64,000 nucleotides of DNA from the IMG/VR virus record IMGVR_UViG_3300025881_000006, positions 1-64,000 of that record; one strand, 5' to 3'. The notes under the pieces are model-generated. The model was not told where the DNA came from. It saw only the letters and a list, made by a program, of their open reading frames with translations, and did not search any database. Made by a program: the position numbers and the translations under genes. Shown here in pieces: positions 9,547 through 19,266 of the stretch; position 1 is the stretch's first letter; each line of letters begins with the position of its first letter. The DNA is from a virus.

Positions 9547-9581
9547 ATAGCAGAGGAGCATTGCTCCTCTGCTTATGCCGT
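9541..9581. terminator. bidirectional hairpin with TATGCCG tail
   Basis: agcagaggagc/gctcctctgct stem, TATGCCG at 9574-9580, GCATAA on the left, between convergent genes. Confidence 0.75.
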
Positions 9582-9619
9582 TTATCTATCAGTCCATGCA
9601 TCATTCATTTGTATTACTC

Positions 9620-10573
9620 CTATGGAGGGGTTAATCCATCTACACCAGATACTGTACCGCCGGAAGCTATATCGCCACCTGCTTCTACTTTATCACCTGC
9701 TTTCATCGAACCAGATGCCTCTATACCAGCACCACCTTTGATTGCAGCAGCAACATCTAAAGCACCGCCTATCTTAACATTACCTGTTATTTCAGTAGCA
9801 GGGCATGTAATGGTTGTAGTTGGGGTTTTAATCTTAACACTACCACTTGCATCGACGGTGAAGTCTGTACACTTAAAAGAGATTAACTTCTCTGCTACAA
9901 AGTTAATGGAGTCAGGAGCATATCCGTTTATGACTTCCTTATTTAACTCCCACCATGTACCAGACTGATTCTCCATTCGAATAAGTGTTTTCTCACTATC
10001 CAACAACATGAAGTTACCAACATCATCATTGATACGTAAGTTACCTGTCTTAGTATCTAACTTAATAGAATAAGCAAAGGGCTCTTCATCGTACTTATTA
10101 GTGGTGATATGGATATACTTGTCGTGAGTAGAGACGGTGACCTCATAGCTATTCTCAGCCGTTAACCCTTCCACATCCTCCTCTAGGTCAGATATGTTAC
10201 TATAACGGTGTGTGATGGTCTCTAGGCGTCTTAAACGGTCATCACGTCCCATGCTAGTATAGAAATACTTATCTTCGTCACCATATTGCCATATTAAGAC
10301 CTGTTCGCCCTTAATTAAATCTGGAGGAGTAACACGATTCGTTTCTAACGATAACCACTTAGCATCAAGTGTAGTGTCGATATCAACTTGTACAGTATAC
10401 TCTCTACCATCTGAATCTAACCCCGCACCAAAGTACGCAGTAGTATTGTCCTTTATCTCATCTTTTAGATAAGGGAATATCTCAATGGGCATGACTTTGA
10501 CTATGTCGTTATCCCGTACTTTGTTTTCCGCTACAATACCAATAGATATCACGCGTAGTTGTGTGGTTTTCAT
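9620..10573 (-). CDS. baseplate central spike (gpV/phiKZ gp164-like)
   Basis: OB-like N-terminus (AKWL...NRVTPPDLIKGEQV) and C-terminal Gly-periodic beta-helix (ITGNVKIGGALDV...IEASGSMKAG). Confidence 0.75.
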   Translation of the reverse strand: MKTTQLRVISIGIVAENKVRDNDIVKVMPIEIFPYLKDEIKDNTTAYFGAGLDSDGREYTVQVDIDTTLDAKWLSLETNRVTPPDLIKGEQVLIWQYGDEDKYFYTSMGRDDRLRRLETITHRYSNISDLEEDVEGLTAENSYEVTVSTHDKYIHITTNKYDEEPFAYSIKLDTKTGNLRINDDVGNFMLLDSEKTLIRMENQSGTWWELNKEVINGYAPDSINFVAEKLISFKCTDFTVDASGSVKIKTPTTTITCPATEITGNVKIGGALDVAAAIKGGAGIEASGSMKAGDKVEAGGDIASGGTVSGVDGLTPP

Positions 10574-10614
10574 AATACATCCTCTCGTTATACCATTGAC
10601 CCTCTCCCTAAAAA

Positions 10615-10638
10615 ATACACACCTACATCATCGTAATG
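10615..10638 (+). promoter_or_regulatory. early promoter-like motif
   Basis: atacacaCCTACATCATcgtaaTG, a variant of the CCTAYATTAY-N5-YG consensus. Confidence 0.55.
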
Positions 10639-10674
10639 AATGACTACAATAACATTTAGTAAGTGGAGGCTGAC

Positions 10675-11460
10675 ATGCAGCTTGAGCAAATAGCAGATAT
10701 AATTAATGCAGTGACAGAGAATGGTAAAATCAGCCTCGACGAAAGTACGGCTTTGGGTAATCTACCCGTAATGGTTATTCCCGACTTTGTACAAAATGAA
10801 GAACATGTGAAATGGAAAACCTTTATTGAGACAACGGACGAAGAGGTACGAAAGAACTTTAAGTCTAAATTGCCTGAAAAGTCGATGCTTGTTTATACTA
10901 ACAACTATCCTGATGTGGTGTGTAAGTTAGAACTCACTAAGGAAGTGTACAATGTAAAAATGACAGTGTATTTTGAAGGTCGCTTTTATGTGGCTAAGTG
11001 TATCGAAGGTGGTTGGGCTAAAACTGGTAAGTGGATAGATATTCCCCTGCTAAGTACTAAACCTGTTGACCACATTCCTGTAGAGGTAAGTAAGTTACTT
11101 GACTCACTACTGACTTATGCTGGGGTGTTGAAACTATTTGGTTTTAATAGTATCCCTAAACCTCGTAGTGTAAACCCTACCCCTAAGGTTAAGGACGGTA
11201 AGATAAGTCCTGAATCATTAGTAAGTATTGTCTATCTAGATAAACCTATTAAAGATAATAAAGACCCTGACGGTGCAGTGCGTATCCCTCATGAGTTTAA
11301 AGGTAGAAGGAGACATACGCGTACGTTAAAGCATCCTAGGTATCGCCATCACCCCATGTACTTAGTACCCAATGGTGTTGAGGTAGGAGAGTCTGTACCT
11401 GAAGACTTAAGTTTTGTACACAAGAAGGTAGTTTATACACTAAGAGGGACGTATGGGTAA
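10675..11460 (+). CDS. hypothetical early protein with basic PH-RRRH-R motif
   Basis: GGAGG RBS favours ATG at 10675. PHEFKGRRRHTRTL resembles the PHxRRGHxR motif of many phage proteins. Confidence 0.6.
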   Translation: MQLEQIADIINAVTENGKISLDESTALGNLPVMVIPDFVQNEEHVKWKTFIETTDEEVRKNFKSKLPEKSMLVYTNNYPDVVCKLELTKEVYNVKMTVYFEGRFYVAKCIEGGWAKTGKWIDIPLLSTKPVDHIPVEVSKLLDSLLTYAGVLKLFGFNSIPKPRSVNPTPKVKDGKISPESLVSIVYLDKPIKDNKDPDGAVRIPHEFKGRRRHTRTLKHPRYRHHPMYLVPNGVEVGESVPEDLSFVHKKVVYTLRGTYG

Positions 11461-11986
11461 GATAGCAGATAGGTTTACTAATCGTAAAAAGAAGATAGGG
11501 TCAGTACCCCTTGGTAACTTAGTTGTTGAACCGGAACCTCCTAGGTCTACTTCACAGAAACCCATCACCGTCTATAGGTTTGAGATACCCATTGAATGTG
11601 GTGGTAGTACTCGAACCTATGGGCCTTTCACAGCCGGTGCATACGACCGTGACTTAGAACAAGTATTGTGGAAGTACCGTGATGCTTTGCGTTATGTAAA
11701 GGAACCTGATGAGGATGGTATCAAGGTAAGTTATGGTGAGAACATGATGTGTGGTTGTGAAGCTAAAGACTTACACATGTGGATACCTAACCATTGGGTA
11801 TATAAAGACCTATGTGAAGTAGGGTTTAAACTTAACAAGTATATAGTCAAGGAATGCGACTTACGTATTGGCGGTACACAGGTAATGTGGCACGTTGATG
11901 ACGGTGAGTTGATTGAACAGGTTGACTTTAAAGAAACCATCAACAAATGGTGGAAGGAGCACCACCATGTAGAAGAGGCGTTTTAA
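11453..11986 (+). CDS. conserved phage hypothetical protein (possible ART-like fold)
   Basis: VYRFE...GPF...W...GFKL..Y.V...GGTQV pattern; overlaps the upstream gene. Confidence 0.55.
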   Translation: MGKIADRFTNRKKKIGSVPLGNLVVEPEPPRSTSQKPITVYRFEIPIECGGSTRTYGPFTAGAYDRDLEQVLWKYRDALRYVKEPDEDGIKVSYGENMMCGCEAKDLHMWIPNHWVYKDLCEVGFKLNKYIVKECDLRIGGTQVMWHVDDGELIEQVDFKETINKWWKEHHHVEEAF

Positions 11987-12082
11987 TTAACAACGTCTTA
12001 TTAAGTATGAAGAGGTAAGTCCTGAACAGCTTACCCCTTTATCGACCAAGGACTGGTCCTTTAGTTTCATGAAATAAGTTTC

Positions 12083-12118
12083 GCCCTACTGTAAAACGTA
12101 GGGTGCTTTTTATGCCGT
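12083..12118 (+). terminator. hairpin + TTTTTATGCCG
   Basis: gccctac/gtagggt stem, TATGCCG at 12111-12117. Confidence 0.65.
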
Positions 12119-12156
12119 AAATACAATAAACCCTTACTAGAGGATAATAATAAAAA

Positions 12157-13161
12157 ATGAAATTAACATTAAGAGAAGTATTACCAGACTTAGACCAGTC
12201 AAACGCAGGTGGGTTATATAACATCAAACCTCTATCTAGTAAACTCAAAGGGGTCATTAGTCGACGAGACTGGATACGCATCATTATGGCTGAGGGTAAG
12301 CTATACAGAAAGTTAATGGGGGTGGATAACTATCATGAGGATGATTTAGATAGTTATATCGATGCCTTTATTAGAATGGATCGCATTCACATTACCGAGG
12401 ACAAAGTAACAATAGTCAATGGTAACTACTGCGAGTCTAACAAGATTACAGTAGAGCACTTTCCTAGCCACGCTAACGAGATACTCTACGGGGACATAGA
12501 TAACCTAACACCTAAGGAGCGCACCATTACACACATCCTAGGCTGTCAACATACACCTATATTTAGCATGGAACACGTGATGTTATTTGATGAGATACAT
12601 GATGTAAACCCTGTTAAGTTAGAATCGCATTGTAGGTTACAATATCTAACTGAAGAAGCGGTAGAGTTTGCTCAAGCTAGGATGGAGAAGGTACTACACA
12701 CTAAACGTAGTTTCTTCCCCAATACTTTTAATTGGAAATTAAATACCATTAAACGATACCTATCTTCACAACGCACCCATAAGAATGCATTGATGGCAGA
12801 GTTGGAAAAGCGTTTTACTGTTAAAGTAAGTGCTAAACGACAAGACCCTGCTAAGATATATCGTAAGTCACCAGTAACCATAGAGCGGGTACTGGATGAT
12901 TCACCTGAACTATTAGACATCCCTATCATCTGTAGTAACGCCGTAGCCTCACTGGCACACGGTAGAGCTACGATACTAACCTCTAAAGAAGTAAGGGAGA
13001 AACTGGGTATACTGACACTTAACCACAGTACCTTACGACAAGGTGTATGGGGTGAGGATAAAGGGGTTGGACCCTTTAAACTTAATAGACCTACTACGAC
13101 AGCCTCCACTTACGAAGCATTGGAAGAGTCGTGCATTAAATTAATTAAGAGTATAGTGTAA
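12157..13161 (+). CDS. hypothetical protein
   Basis: 334-aa ORF with GAGG upstream; no recognised motif. Confidence 0.7.
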   Translation: MKLTLREVLPDLDQSNAGGLYNIKPLSSKLKGVISRRDWIRIIMAEGKLYRKLMGVDNYHEDDLDSYIDAFIRMDRIHITEDKVTIVNGNYCESNKITVEHFPSHANEILYGDIDNLTPKERTITHILGCQHTPIFSMEHVMLFDEIHDVNPVKLESHCRLQYLTEEAVEFAQARMEKVLHTKRSFFPNTFNWKLNTIKRYLSSQRTHKNALMAELEKRFTVKVSAKRQDPAKIYRKSPVTIERVLDDSPELLDIPIICSNAVASLAHGRATILTSKEVREKLGILTLNHSTLRQGVWGEDKGVGPFKLNRPTTTASTYEALEESCIKLIKSIV

Positions 13162-13180
13162 TTACAATAAGGAGGACTGT

Positions 13181-13498
13181 ATGGGAGACGTAATTAGCAT
13201 AGGTGGAGGCAAGCACAGGAAAGATGACTCTAAGGTGCCCAATGTAATGGTAGTGTCTATTAATAGCGAGATAGTTACCCACATGTTCACTTCCTTGATG
13301 TGGGGTGAGTTTAAACAGCAGGCACATTTAGTTACCATGCAAGATATGATATCAGTTTGTACTGACATTATAAGATCAACACCAGAAATGCAGCACGAAA
13401 TTATAGACCCCACTAGTAACTCTCTTATACTAAACCCCAATGCAGTACTTGTGGGTGTAAGAGCAGCTATTAATGAGGTATTAAACAAGGGGACTTAG
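13181..13498 (+). CDS. hypothetical protein
   Basis: AAGGAGG RBS; followed by a hairpin and T-tract. Confidence 0.65.
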   Translation: MGDVISIGGGKHRKDDSKVPNVMVVSINSEIVTHMFTSLMWGEFKQQAHLVTMQDMISVCTDIIRSTPEMQHEIIDPTSNSLILNPNAVLVGVRAAINEVLNKGT

Positions 13499-13511
13499 GT
13501 CCTCTTTTTTT
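13488..13511 (+). terminator. intrinsic terminator
   Basis: aggggac-ttag-gtcctct followed by a T run. Confidence 0.65.
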
Positions 13512-13522
13512 GTCCGCGTTTC

Positions 13523-13550
13523 GTAAAATACATACACCTATCATCCTGTG
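13523..13550 (+). promoter_or_regulatory. candidate middle promoter (AAxTAC-N17-TG)
   Basis: gtaaaaTAC-17 nt-TG; same spacing upstream of RNase H and UvsX. Confidence 0.5.
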
Positions 13551-13578
13551 ACTATAAATAATAACAGAACGTGAGACT

Positions 13579-16047
13579 ATGAAAATACAACGCATTACGC
13601 TATCTGAATATAAACGATTCGCTCTAGGTAGTATCGTGTTCTTTGATATGCAAGTTGACTCACCTTTACAACTTATTCTAGGTACTAACGGTAGTGGTAA
13701 GTCTTCTTTACTAGCGGAGTTAACTCCCTTACCCGCCATACCTTCAGATTACCGTAAGGGTGGTTATAAAGAAATCGCCCTGACCTTTAAGGGTAACTCC
13801 TACCTACTACGCTCTGACATAGGTCGTGGTGCTAAGCATTCCTTTATCAAAGAAGGGAACGAAATGAATCCCGGTGGTACGGGCGTAGTACAGAAGGAAC
13901 TGGTAGAGCAGGAACTTGGTTTCACTACTCAGTTAAAAGAAGTGTTAACAGGTAAACTACGCTTTACTCAAATGTCACCCACACGCAGAAGAGAATGGAT
14001 TACCAGACTATGTTCTACTGACTTAACGTTTGCTAATAAAGTATTTGAACAAGTTAAAGTAAATAACCGTGACTCCCAAGGTGCCCTTAAACACATTAAA
14101 GAACGTCTAGCTAACCAGACTGTTAAGTTAATGGACGTTGATACCGTAGTGGGTATTAGAGGGCGTGTAGATAAATGTCATAAACAAATAGCGGGCTTAC
14201 TAGAAGCACGTGATTCTTCTATGCCGAATTATAAAGATACCGGTAAAGAAGTGTGGGCACTGATGGGCGAGTTAGAACGCCTTGCTAAGCGTACGTTGAA
14301 TCTATCTAACAGTGAATGGTTTAAGAAAGGATATACGCATCCTAACCAGTTTGATGAGCAGTTGACTGAACTGTCTGTGCAAATAGGTAAGATGAGCGCT
14401 AGTATCGAAAGTAAAGAAGAAGAGTTGATGAGCATTACTCAGATAGTCAACTCCATGCAAGAGATGGGCGCTGCCAGCGTAGGTGAGTTAACACAACGAC
14501 GTGATAGGTTACTAGTAGACCAACGCGAAATTAAACTATCCTCACAGTACTCATTAGACTTAGTAGACACTGAACCGATGTTGCGTGATATTAAATCTGT
14601 ATATGTCCCGTTACGTGATTGGTGTGTGGAAGTCCCTACTGACATTAAGCCTGCTGTTGATAGAGAGGGTTATCAGATTAATGCCCAGAAGATTAAACAG
14701 TACAAGGAAGAACTGAATAGACTTCATAATCGCATGGATAAGTTACGGCATCGCATTACACATATCGAAACTGCTCGTGAGAGTAAGTGTCCTAAGTGTA
14801 GTTATATCTGGCGTGATGGTATCTCTGAAACCGACCATGAGCAATGTAAGGTACAACTAGAGATACTCTCTAAGGAAGAAGAGGGTGTACAAACTTCTGT
14901 TAAAGTATTAGAAGAGTTGAATGGGGAGTTTGATAATTATAGGGCTGCGTTACGTAACCTTAATAATATCACTAGTAACTATCCAAGACTACAACCATTG
15001 TGGGCTAAAGTCATCGAAATGAAGTATTACGATACTAACCCTACGTTGATTATAGAGCAGTTCTCTACCTTTACACATGCTGTTGAATCTCAAGATAATT
15101 ATAACACCTTACAGAATCAAATAGCGCAGCTTAATGCCTCGTTAGAACAAATTACTCGTTCTACCCCTACAGGCGATACGTCTTTTGAAAGTAGACTTAG
15201 TCAGTTAGAAATAGACTTAGATAGTTTACACAAGCGACACAGTGCCAGTAAGGATGAGTTAAAGCAATTGCAGGTAGGTAAACAGGAGATATTGAATTAC
15301 TTCACAGGTGTGGATGAATGTGATACTAAGTTAAAAGAAGTAACGCGTTTACAATCTCTTTTATTCGATGGGTTCCAACAGAAGTTTATTGATGAGGCTT
15401 TGGAAGATAGACAATCTGAATTATCTACATTACAGACTACGTTGAATCAGAAGAATACATTAGAGGGGATTATACGAGACCTCAAGGCAAGTCATGAGGA
15501 AGTGGAATTAGATTCACAAGCATGGCAAGTACTTGCACAGGTACTCTCACCAACTACCGGTATCATTGCAGAGCAGTTAGAAGGATTCATGCGTTGTTTA
15601 TTAGAACAAATGAATGCCATCATTGCAAAGCTTTGGACGTATAGTTTAGAGATAATGCCTTGTGCTAACGAATCAGGTACATTAGATTATAAGTTCCCTA
15701 TCAATATTAAACATGGGGAACAGCAAACGAAAGACATCCTTGAAGGCTCTGAGGGCCAACAGGAAGTAATAGACTTTGCATTTATGATAACAGTCATGCA
15801 CTACATGGACTTACATGACTATCCGATGTACCTAGATGAGACGGGCGCTAAGTTTGACTTACAACACCGTGAGCGATTAATGGATTACATTAAGTTATTG
15901 GTTGATACAGAACAAGCTTCACAACTGTTCCTAGTTAACCATTACGCTTCTTTCTCTGGTGGTTTATCTAATGCGCAGATATGTGTACTAGATGATAGTA
16001 ATGTCACCTTACCTAGTGAGTATAATACCCACGTACAAATACGATAA
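13579..16047 (+). CDS. sbcC: SbcC/Rad50-like SMC ATPase (phiKZ gp165-like)
   Basis: Walker A GTNGSGKS, coiled coils, CPKC zinc hook, signature SEGQQE, Walker B MYLDE. Confidence 0.92.
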   Translation: MKIQRITLSEYKRFALGSIVFFDMQVDSPLQLILGTNGSGKSSLLAELTPLPAIPSDYRKGGYKEIALTFKGNSYLLRSDIGRGAKHSFIKEGNEMNPGGTGVVQKELVEQELGFTTQLKEVLTGKLRFTQMSPTRRREWITRLCSTDLTFANKVFEQVKVNNRDSQGALKHIKERLANQTVKLMDVDTVVGIRGRVDKCHKQIAGLLEARDSSMPNYKDTGKEVWALMGELERLAKRTLNLSNSEWFKKGYTHPNQFDEQLTELSVQIGKMSASIESKEEELMSITQIVNSMQEMGAASVGELTQRRDRLLVDQREIKLSSQYSLDLVDTEPMLRDIKSVYVPLRDWCVEVPTDIKPAVDREGYQINAQKIKQYKEELNRLHNRMDKLRHRITHIETARESKCPKCSYIWRDGISETDHEQCKVQLEILSKEEEGVQTSVKVLEELNGEFDNYRAALRNLNNITSNYPRLQPLWAKVIEMKYYDTNPTLIIEQFSTFTHAVESQDNYNTLQNQIAQLNASLEQITRSTPTGDTSFESRLSQLEIDLDSLHKRHSASKDELKQLQVGKQEILNYFTGVDECDTKLKEVTRLQSLLFDGFQQKFIDEALEDRQSELSTLQTTLNQKNTLEGIIRDLKASHEEVELDSQAWQVLAQVLSPTTGIIAEQLEGFMRCLLEQMNAIIAKLWTYSLEIMPCANESGTLDYKFPINIKHGEQQTKDILEGSEGQQEVIDFAFMITVMHYMDLHDYPMYLDETGAKFDLQHRERLMDYIKLLVDTEQASQLFLVNHYASFSGGLSNAQICVLDDSNVTLPSEYNTHVQIR

Positions 16048-16086
16048 CGGCATAGAAGAGACTGGGTAATCCCCAGTCTCTTTTTT
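16047..16086. terminator. bidirectional hairpin, TATGCCG on the minus strand
   Basis: gagactggg-taatc-cccagtctc; T-tract on plus, CTATGCCG on minus. Confidence 0.75.
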
Positions 16087-16723
16087 ATGGGTTGTTTGCA
16101 CGTTCTGCTTCTAAAGCAGCCGTCTTAGCAATCAGTGCCTGTTGTAATAAAGTTACCTTTTCCTGTAACGATACCACAGCAGCATTCGCTTTATCTAATT
16201 GACCACGGGCAGTTACTACCTGTCCTAGACCTAAGGTTCTGGCCTCCTCTAGTGCAGTATGTGTATCTAGACTAACCGTTCCTTCAGTGGGTACAATAAA
16301 CTCATTAATGGTAGGCGTGATACCTACCGTCTCAGAGGTAATTGATGCAAGTTGCTCCTTTAGATAGGTTAACGGCATGGCGACAGGTATATTACCCAAC
16401 GAAACACCTAAGACCACATGTTGATAATCTACCGTATTAATTTCAGGTAGAGTCAATAGATATTGGCTAGGTAGGGTTAGTTGTGCACCACGGTCAGTAA
16501 TTAATGTAACAATAATTACATTGGCTGCAAGGTCAGTATTGTAATCTTCCTGCGTTAATCCGTTGGTTAGGTAGATATCGTTTAGAATATCTTTACCCTG
16601 TCCCACTAGAGTACGAATAGATACTGTCCCGCTAACGGTGAAGTATTTATCTTCTAATGTAGCGAATGGCTCTTTAAAGTTAAAGAGCCCTCTGACATTA
16701 ATCGGTGGAATAGCTTGAGTCAT
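16085..16723 (-). CDS. conserved phiKZ-family protein (probably virion)
   Basis: PPINVRGLF...PF...IYL.NGL...VVLGVSLG pattern; overlaps the upstream structural gene. Confidence 0.55.
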   Translation of the reverse strand: MTQAIPPINVRGLFNFKEPFATLEDKYFTVSGTVSIRTLVGQGKDILNDIYLTNGLTQEDYNTDLAANVIIVTLITDRGAQLTLPSQYLLTLPEINTVDYQHVVLGVSLGNIPVAMPLTYLKEQLASITSETVGITPTINEFIVPTEGTVSLDTHTALEEARTLGLGQVVTARGQLDKANAAVVSLQEKVTLLQQALIAKTAALEAERANNP

Positions 16724-18020
16724 TATAATAGTCCATGAAGCTGGTGCGCTGTACGACTAGGTAATTAACACCGTCATACGTCGACACAATGAAGTCCACG
16801 CCATCGCGTTTTAATCTGGAAAAGTCAGCATCCAATTGAGAGAACTCATTAGCGTTCTCTGCTTCTAGGAGCTGGCGATGCATTAGTATCATCCAGTTTT
16901 GCGTGAATGGGGAGACCTTATTAAAGTCTAACGAAGTGGTATCTACTAACATGTAGTCAGGGAAACGTTCACTGAAGTCCACTATACCGTCAACATTACC
17001 CTCACCACCAATTGCAGTCATCGCTAAACTCTTATAGATGTTAGCAGTGAATTCAAGGTGACTATCGATATGTGCTTGGTCATAGTTCTGTAATGCAGGC
17101 GCAGATAAATCTAACATTTCCTTTACATTAACAGAAGGACTATAAATACCGGGCTGTGAACTATTGGTCGGAATACTTTCACGATGCCACATAGGAACTA
17201 AGATAAACTCAGTTGGTCTAAATAGCTTAGGGTGAACATCAAACCATTCCACTTCAGTAAAGTCGCTGTTAGCAAGTATATACTCACGCAAGGCTCTATT
17301 GATAGAATCAGGGTTATTACCTGCCACACCGTACAATACTACTAACCAAGTAAGGTCTTTAATAGTAGTACCTTGTTTATCATACCACTGAACCGTTACT
17401 GGCTGTAATGAGGTATACGGAGAGTTAGCAGATATCTGATTGGCAATCCCAATCTGACGTTTAGTATCTTCTACTAAAAGATTAGAGATTTCACTGTAAG
17501 GGCGATGTAAATCATTCAACGTTTCTACTGGAGAAATGGGGATGATAGTAAACTCATCAAACTGATGACGGAATGCACCATCGGCAAACCAAATACGTAC
17601 TTCGGTACCATTCACAGTCCAAGTAACATAAGAAGGATAGAAGTGACCTTGAACACTACTTACCATAGCACCGGTTATCATAGTAGCAGCTACATCAGGA
17701 CGTTCTGCTCTAACGATGTTATTAAATACTTCTACGTTAATTGTAAATCTGCCCGCCTTAGCTCCGCTATTTATGTAGCTAGCAAACTCTAAAACCTCTT
17801 CCCCTAGTACGTCAGGCTTAGTCAACGTATAGTTAGAACCATCACTATTCTTAGTGCTGAATAGATGAAGACGAATGCCAGAAACGGAATCAGATATATA
17901 CTGACGGTTATCTGGACGGTAGTTAGCGCTGGTAGCTGAGAGTTCACCCACTGCCGAGGTAGTGGTTACTGAGTTGTCTACCAGGTCACTGATGGTGATA
18001 AACCCTTTAAGGTGTTTCAT
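16698..18020 (-). CDS. virion structural protein (phiKZ-family)
   Basis: LKGFITI...GELS...RIWFADGAFRHQFDEF...YGVAGNN...TEFILVPMW motifs. Start could also be 18026. Confidence 0.6.
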   Translation of the reverse strand: MKHLKGFITISDLVDNSVTTTSAVGELSATSANYRPDNRQYISDSVSGIRLHLFSTKNSDGSNYTLTKPDVLGEEVLEFASYINSGAKAGRFTINVEVFNNIVRAERPDVAATMITGAMVSSVQGHFYPSYVTWTVNGTEVRIWFADGAFRHQFDEFTIIPISPVETLNDLHRPYSEISNLLVEDTKRQIGIANQISANSPYTSLQPVTVQWYDKQGTTIKDLTWLVVLYGVAGNNPDSINRALREYILANSDFTEVEWFDVHPKLFRPTEFILVPMWHRESIPTNSSQPGIYSPSVNVKEMLDLSAPALQNYDQAHIDSHLEFTANIYKSLAMTAIGGEGNVDGIVDFSERFPDYMLVDTTSLDFNKVSPFTQNWMILMHRQLLEAENANEFSQLDADFSRLKRDGVDFIVSTYDGVNYLVVQRTSFMDYYNDSSYSTD

Positions 18021-18105
18021 GAACAATGGCTCCTTTAAGCGTACCGTCTATTAGGGACACTACGTTAGTAAAATTAATACTTTTAGTTATAGGGAGGATA
18101 AATAA

Positions 18106-18645
18106 ATGTTTATTGCAGTATTGAAAGCACTACCACAGTTTTTACCCTTTCTACTCACATTATTAAGGGGCGATAAGGCCCCAATGTCAGGACAAACCTC
18201 TACCTTTGGTAAACGATTATCTAATATGGTGATGATAGGATTGGCTATTGGTACGGTAATACTGTACTTAGACTACACTAAAGAAGTAGAGACATCCTCT
18301 AGTTTAACTAAGGAAGTAGCCAAGCTTAAAAAGGAAGGTGTAGAAAGTCCTGAGGGTAAAAAGAAACTGCGGGACTTGCAAGAGAAGGTAACTAATCTTG
18401 AAATAAAACTATCGGCATTAGAGAGGGATAGGGCTAATTTAATAACAGAAAACGATGACCTTGCTGCGCAAATAAACAAGTTAAAGGTAGAGTTGGAAGC
18501 TGCACAAAGAGACTTACATAATTGCAAGACAATAGGTAATAGTTGTACCACTGATACGGTACCAAAACCAGAGACTGACAATCAAAGTATGGCTGACCTT
18601 ATTAAGCAGCTAGATAAGATTGGAAAGGATAAAGACAATGATTAG
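18106..18645 (+). CDS. putative inner-membrane spanin (Rz-like)
   Basis: TM segment MVMIGLAIGTVILYL, then long coiled coil with two Cys; overlaps a lipoprotein gene. Confidence 0.55.
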   Translation: MFIAVLKALPQFLPFLLTLLRGDKAPMSGQTSTFGKRLSNMVMIGLAIGTVILYLDYTKEVETSSSLTKEVAKLKKEGVESPEGKKKLRDLQEKVTNLEIKLSALERDRANLITENDDLAAQINKLKVELEAAQRDLHNCKTIGNSCTTDTVPKPETDNQSMADLIKQLDKIGKDKDND

Positions 18646-19186
18646 ATTTATCACATTTACAATCATTCTGATAGTATCGGGATGCGCATCACTTAAACCT
18701 CAACCCGTAGAGGTAAAGGCAACAGTAGTGGAAGTTAACCCTGAGGTTGAGATACCTGCAAGAGTAAACTTTAAGTTAATCAAGACCACACCGCCTAACC
18801 CATTGGTACCACCACCGATATATAGCGATTATGTAAGCGATAGCATTACTACCTATTACCCAGACCCTAAGCAGGCCTATCTTAACGACATGGTAAAATA
18901 TAACCAATACGTTAGAACCTACATAGCGGATTTGAGTACTACGTATAATATCGACAGTGAGGATTATAAACAACTGGTTGCCTGTAGTGAGGGTAGAGAG
19001 TTTCCTACGCTTGACATAGACCCTATACCTACCTCGCCTGACCTATCGTCTTACGATAAGCCTGAGGACGCCTACGGGGCATTTGTAAAGTACGCACAGG
19101 GACTTTACGACTACGCCACTAAGGTTAGTAGTGCATTTAACGATAGTATTGTTAAATTTAATAGCGAATGCCAACCTAAAGGATAA
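18638..19186 (+). CDS. putative outer-membrane lipoprotein spanin (Rz1-like)
   Basis: ATG at 18638 after AAGGA. MIRFITFTIILIVSG-C signal peptide/lipobox; Pro-rich segments. Confidence 0.6.
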   Translation: MIRFITFTIILIVSGCASLKPQPVEVKATVVEVNPEVEIPARVNFKLIKTTPPNPLVPPPIYSDYVSDSITTYYPDPKQAYLNDMVKYNQYVRTYIADLSTTYNIDSEDYKQLVACSEGREFPTLDIDPIPTSPDLSSYDKPEDAYGAFVKYAQGLYDYATKVSSAFNDSIVKFNSECQPKG

Positions 19187-19212
19187 GGGGTTTCCCTTAT
19201 CCTTGTTTGTAC

Positions 19213-19239
19213 GTAATTACATAGCCAACATATTACATG
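19213..19239 (+). promoter_or_regulatory. candidate middle promoter
   Basis: GTAATTAC-17 nt-TG. Confidence 0.5.
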
Positions 19240-19266
19240 TTAATAAGTCTATAATTGGAACTCCTC

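Noticed and set aside
9561-9968. 135-aa plus-strand ORF
   Set aside because: Starts inside a terminator hairpin and is antisense to the spike beta-helix.
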